A program made the position numbers and the translations under genes. A stretch of DNA of 61,953 nt, filler included. It is 9 parts of 9 records of this genome, joined end to end, with 100 filler letters (N's around TTAATTAATTAA, not from the genome) between each part and the next. Parts side by side here need not be neighbours in the genome. Positions count along the whole stretch, not along the records: positions 56,751 to 61,953 come from SRR7504441_1673; 8 more parts are not named here. One strand, given 5' to 3'. The notes under the pieces were generated by a model, which did no database searches, had not been told where the DNA came from, and saw only the letters and a program-made list of their open reading frames with translations. Below, piece after piece: positions 61,671-61,953 of the stretch; within the stretch, counting starts at the first letter, position 1, and each line of letters starts with the position of its first letter.

Positions 61671-61953
61671 TGTGTGTGCAGGATTTTGATAGCATTTTGA
61701 TGACATGGACTATGAAATGCTTGCATATCACGCCAGCTCTGCGCAATTCAGGAGTGAACCAGTTTGCAACTCACATTTCATGAGAGCTAGGATGTCGCAT
61801 AGACTACAATGTCATGTACAATCATGATTGTAAGTCCTGTGAACACTACGCCAACATGAAATTTGGATGTCATTACGCAGTAATACACTTGCTCAATCTT
61901 GAGGCTTAGGGAAGTTTTAATGCTCAAAGTTTTAAATTGTTTTCGTTGCGCAA

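Noticed and set aside
1-61953. Genome-wide stop-codon reassignment or programmed frameshifting
   Set aside because: Most frame breaks resolve as short introns, and TAA, TAG and TGA all terminate conserved genes. Only one TGA aligns to a catalytic Cys.

Overview
Gene-dense, GC-rich nuclear DNA from a unicellular eukaryote, probably a flagellate (beta-tubulin tail, CCP5-like deglutamylase, nicolin-1). I cannot assign the lineage. The window is nine contigs joined by artificial 100-nt linkers (44 N + TTAATTAATTAA + 44 N). About 35 genes are interrupted by very short spliceosomal introns (mostly 36-44 nt, several with GC-AG ends), which is why the ORF track is fragmented. Recognisable genes: PMM, DDX27/DRS1, cystinosin, a PDI-like thioredoxin, SET, EH-domain, RING and ankyrin-RING proteins, proline iminopeptidase, PAN3, NICN1, an NDP-sugar epimerase, ABCG, a JmjC oxygenase, RGS-VPS9, a 2-hydroxyacid dehydrogenase and DDX23. 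Highlights: (1) a DsbA/FrnE-type selenoprotein missed by the ORF track, with an in-frame TGA giving a U-P-H-G active site and a SECIS-like hairpin in its 3' UTR; (2) recurrent internal deletions plus one inversion in otherwise intact genes (amplification artefact or real rearrangement); (3) very compact head-to-head promoters that nearly all carry an AACGG (MYB-type) motif; (4) unusual secretory proteins, including a coiled-coil/EGF/beta-prism protein and ER-type JmjC and epimerase enzymes.
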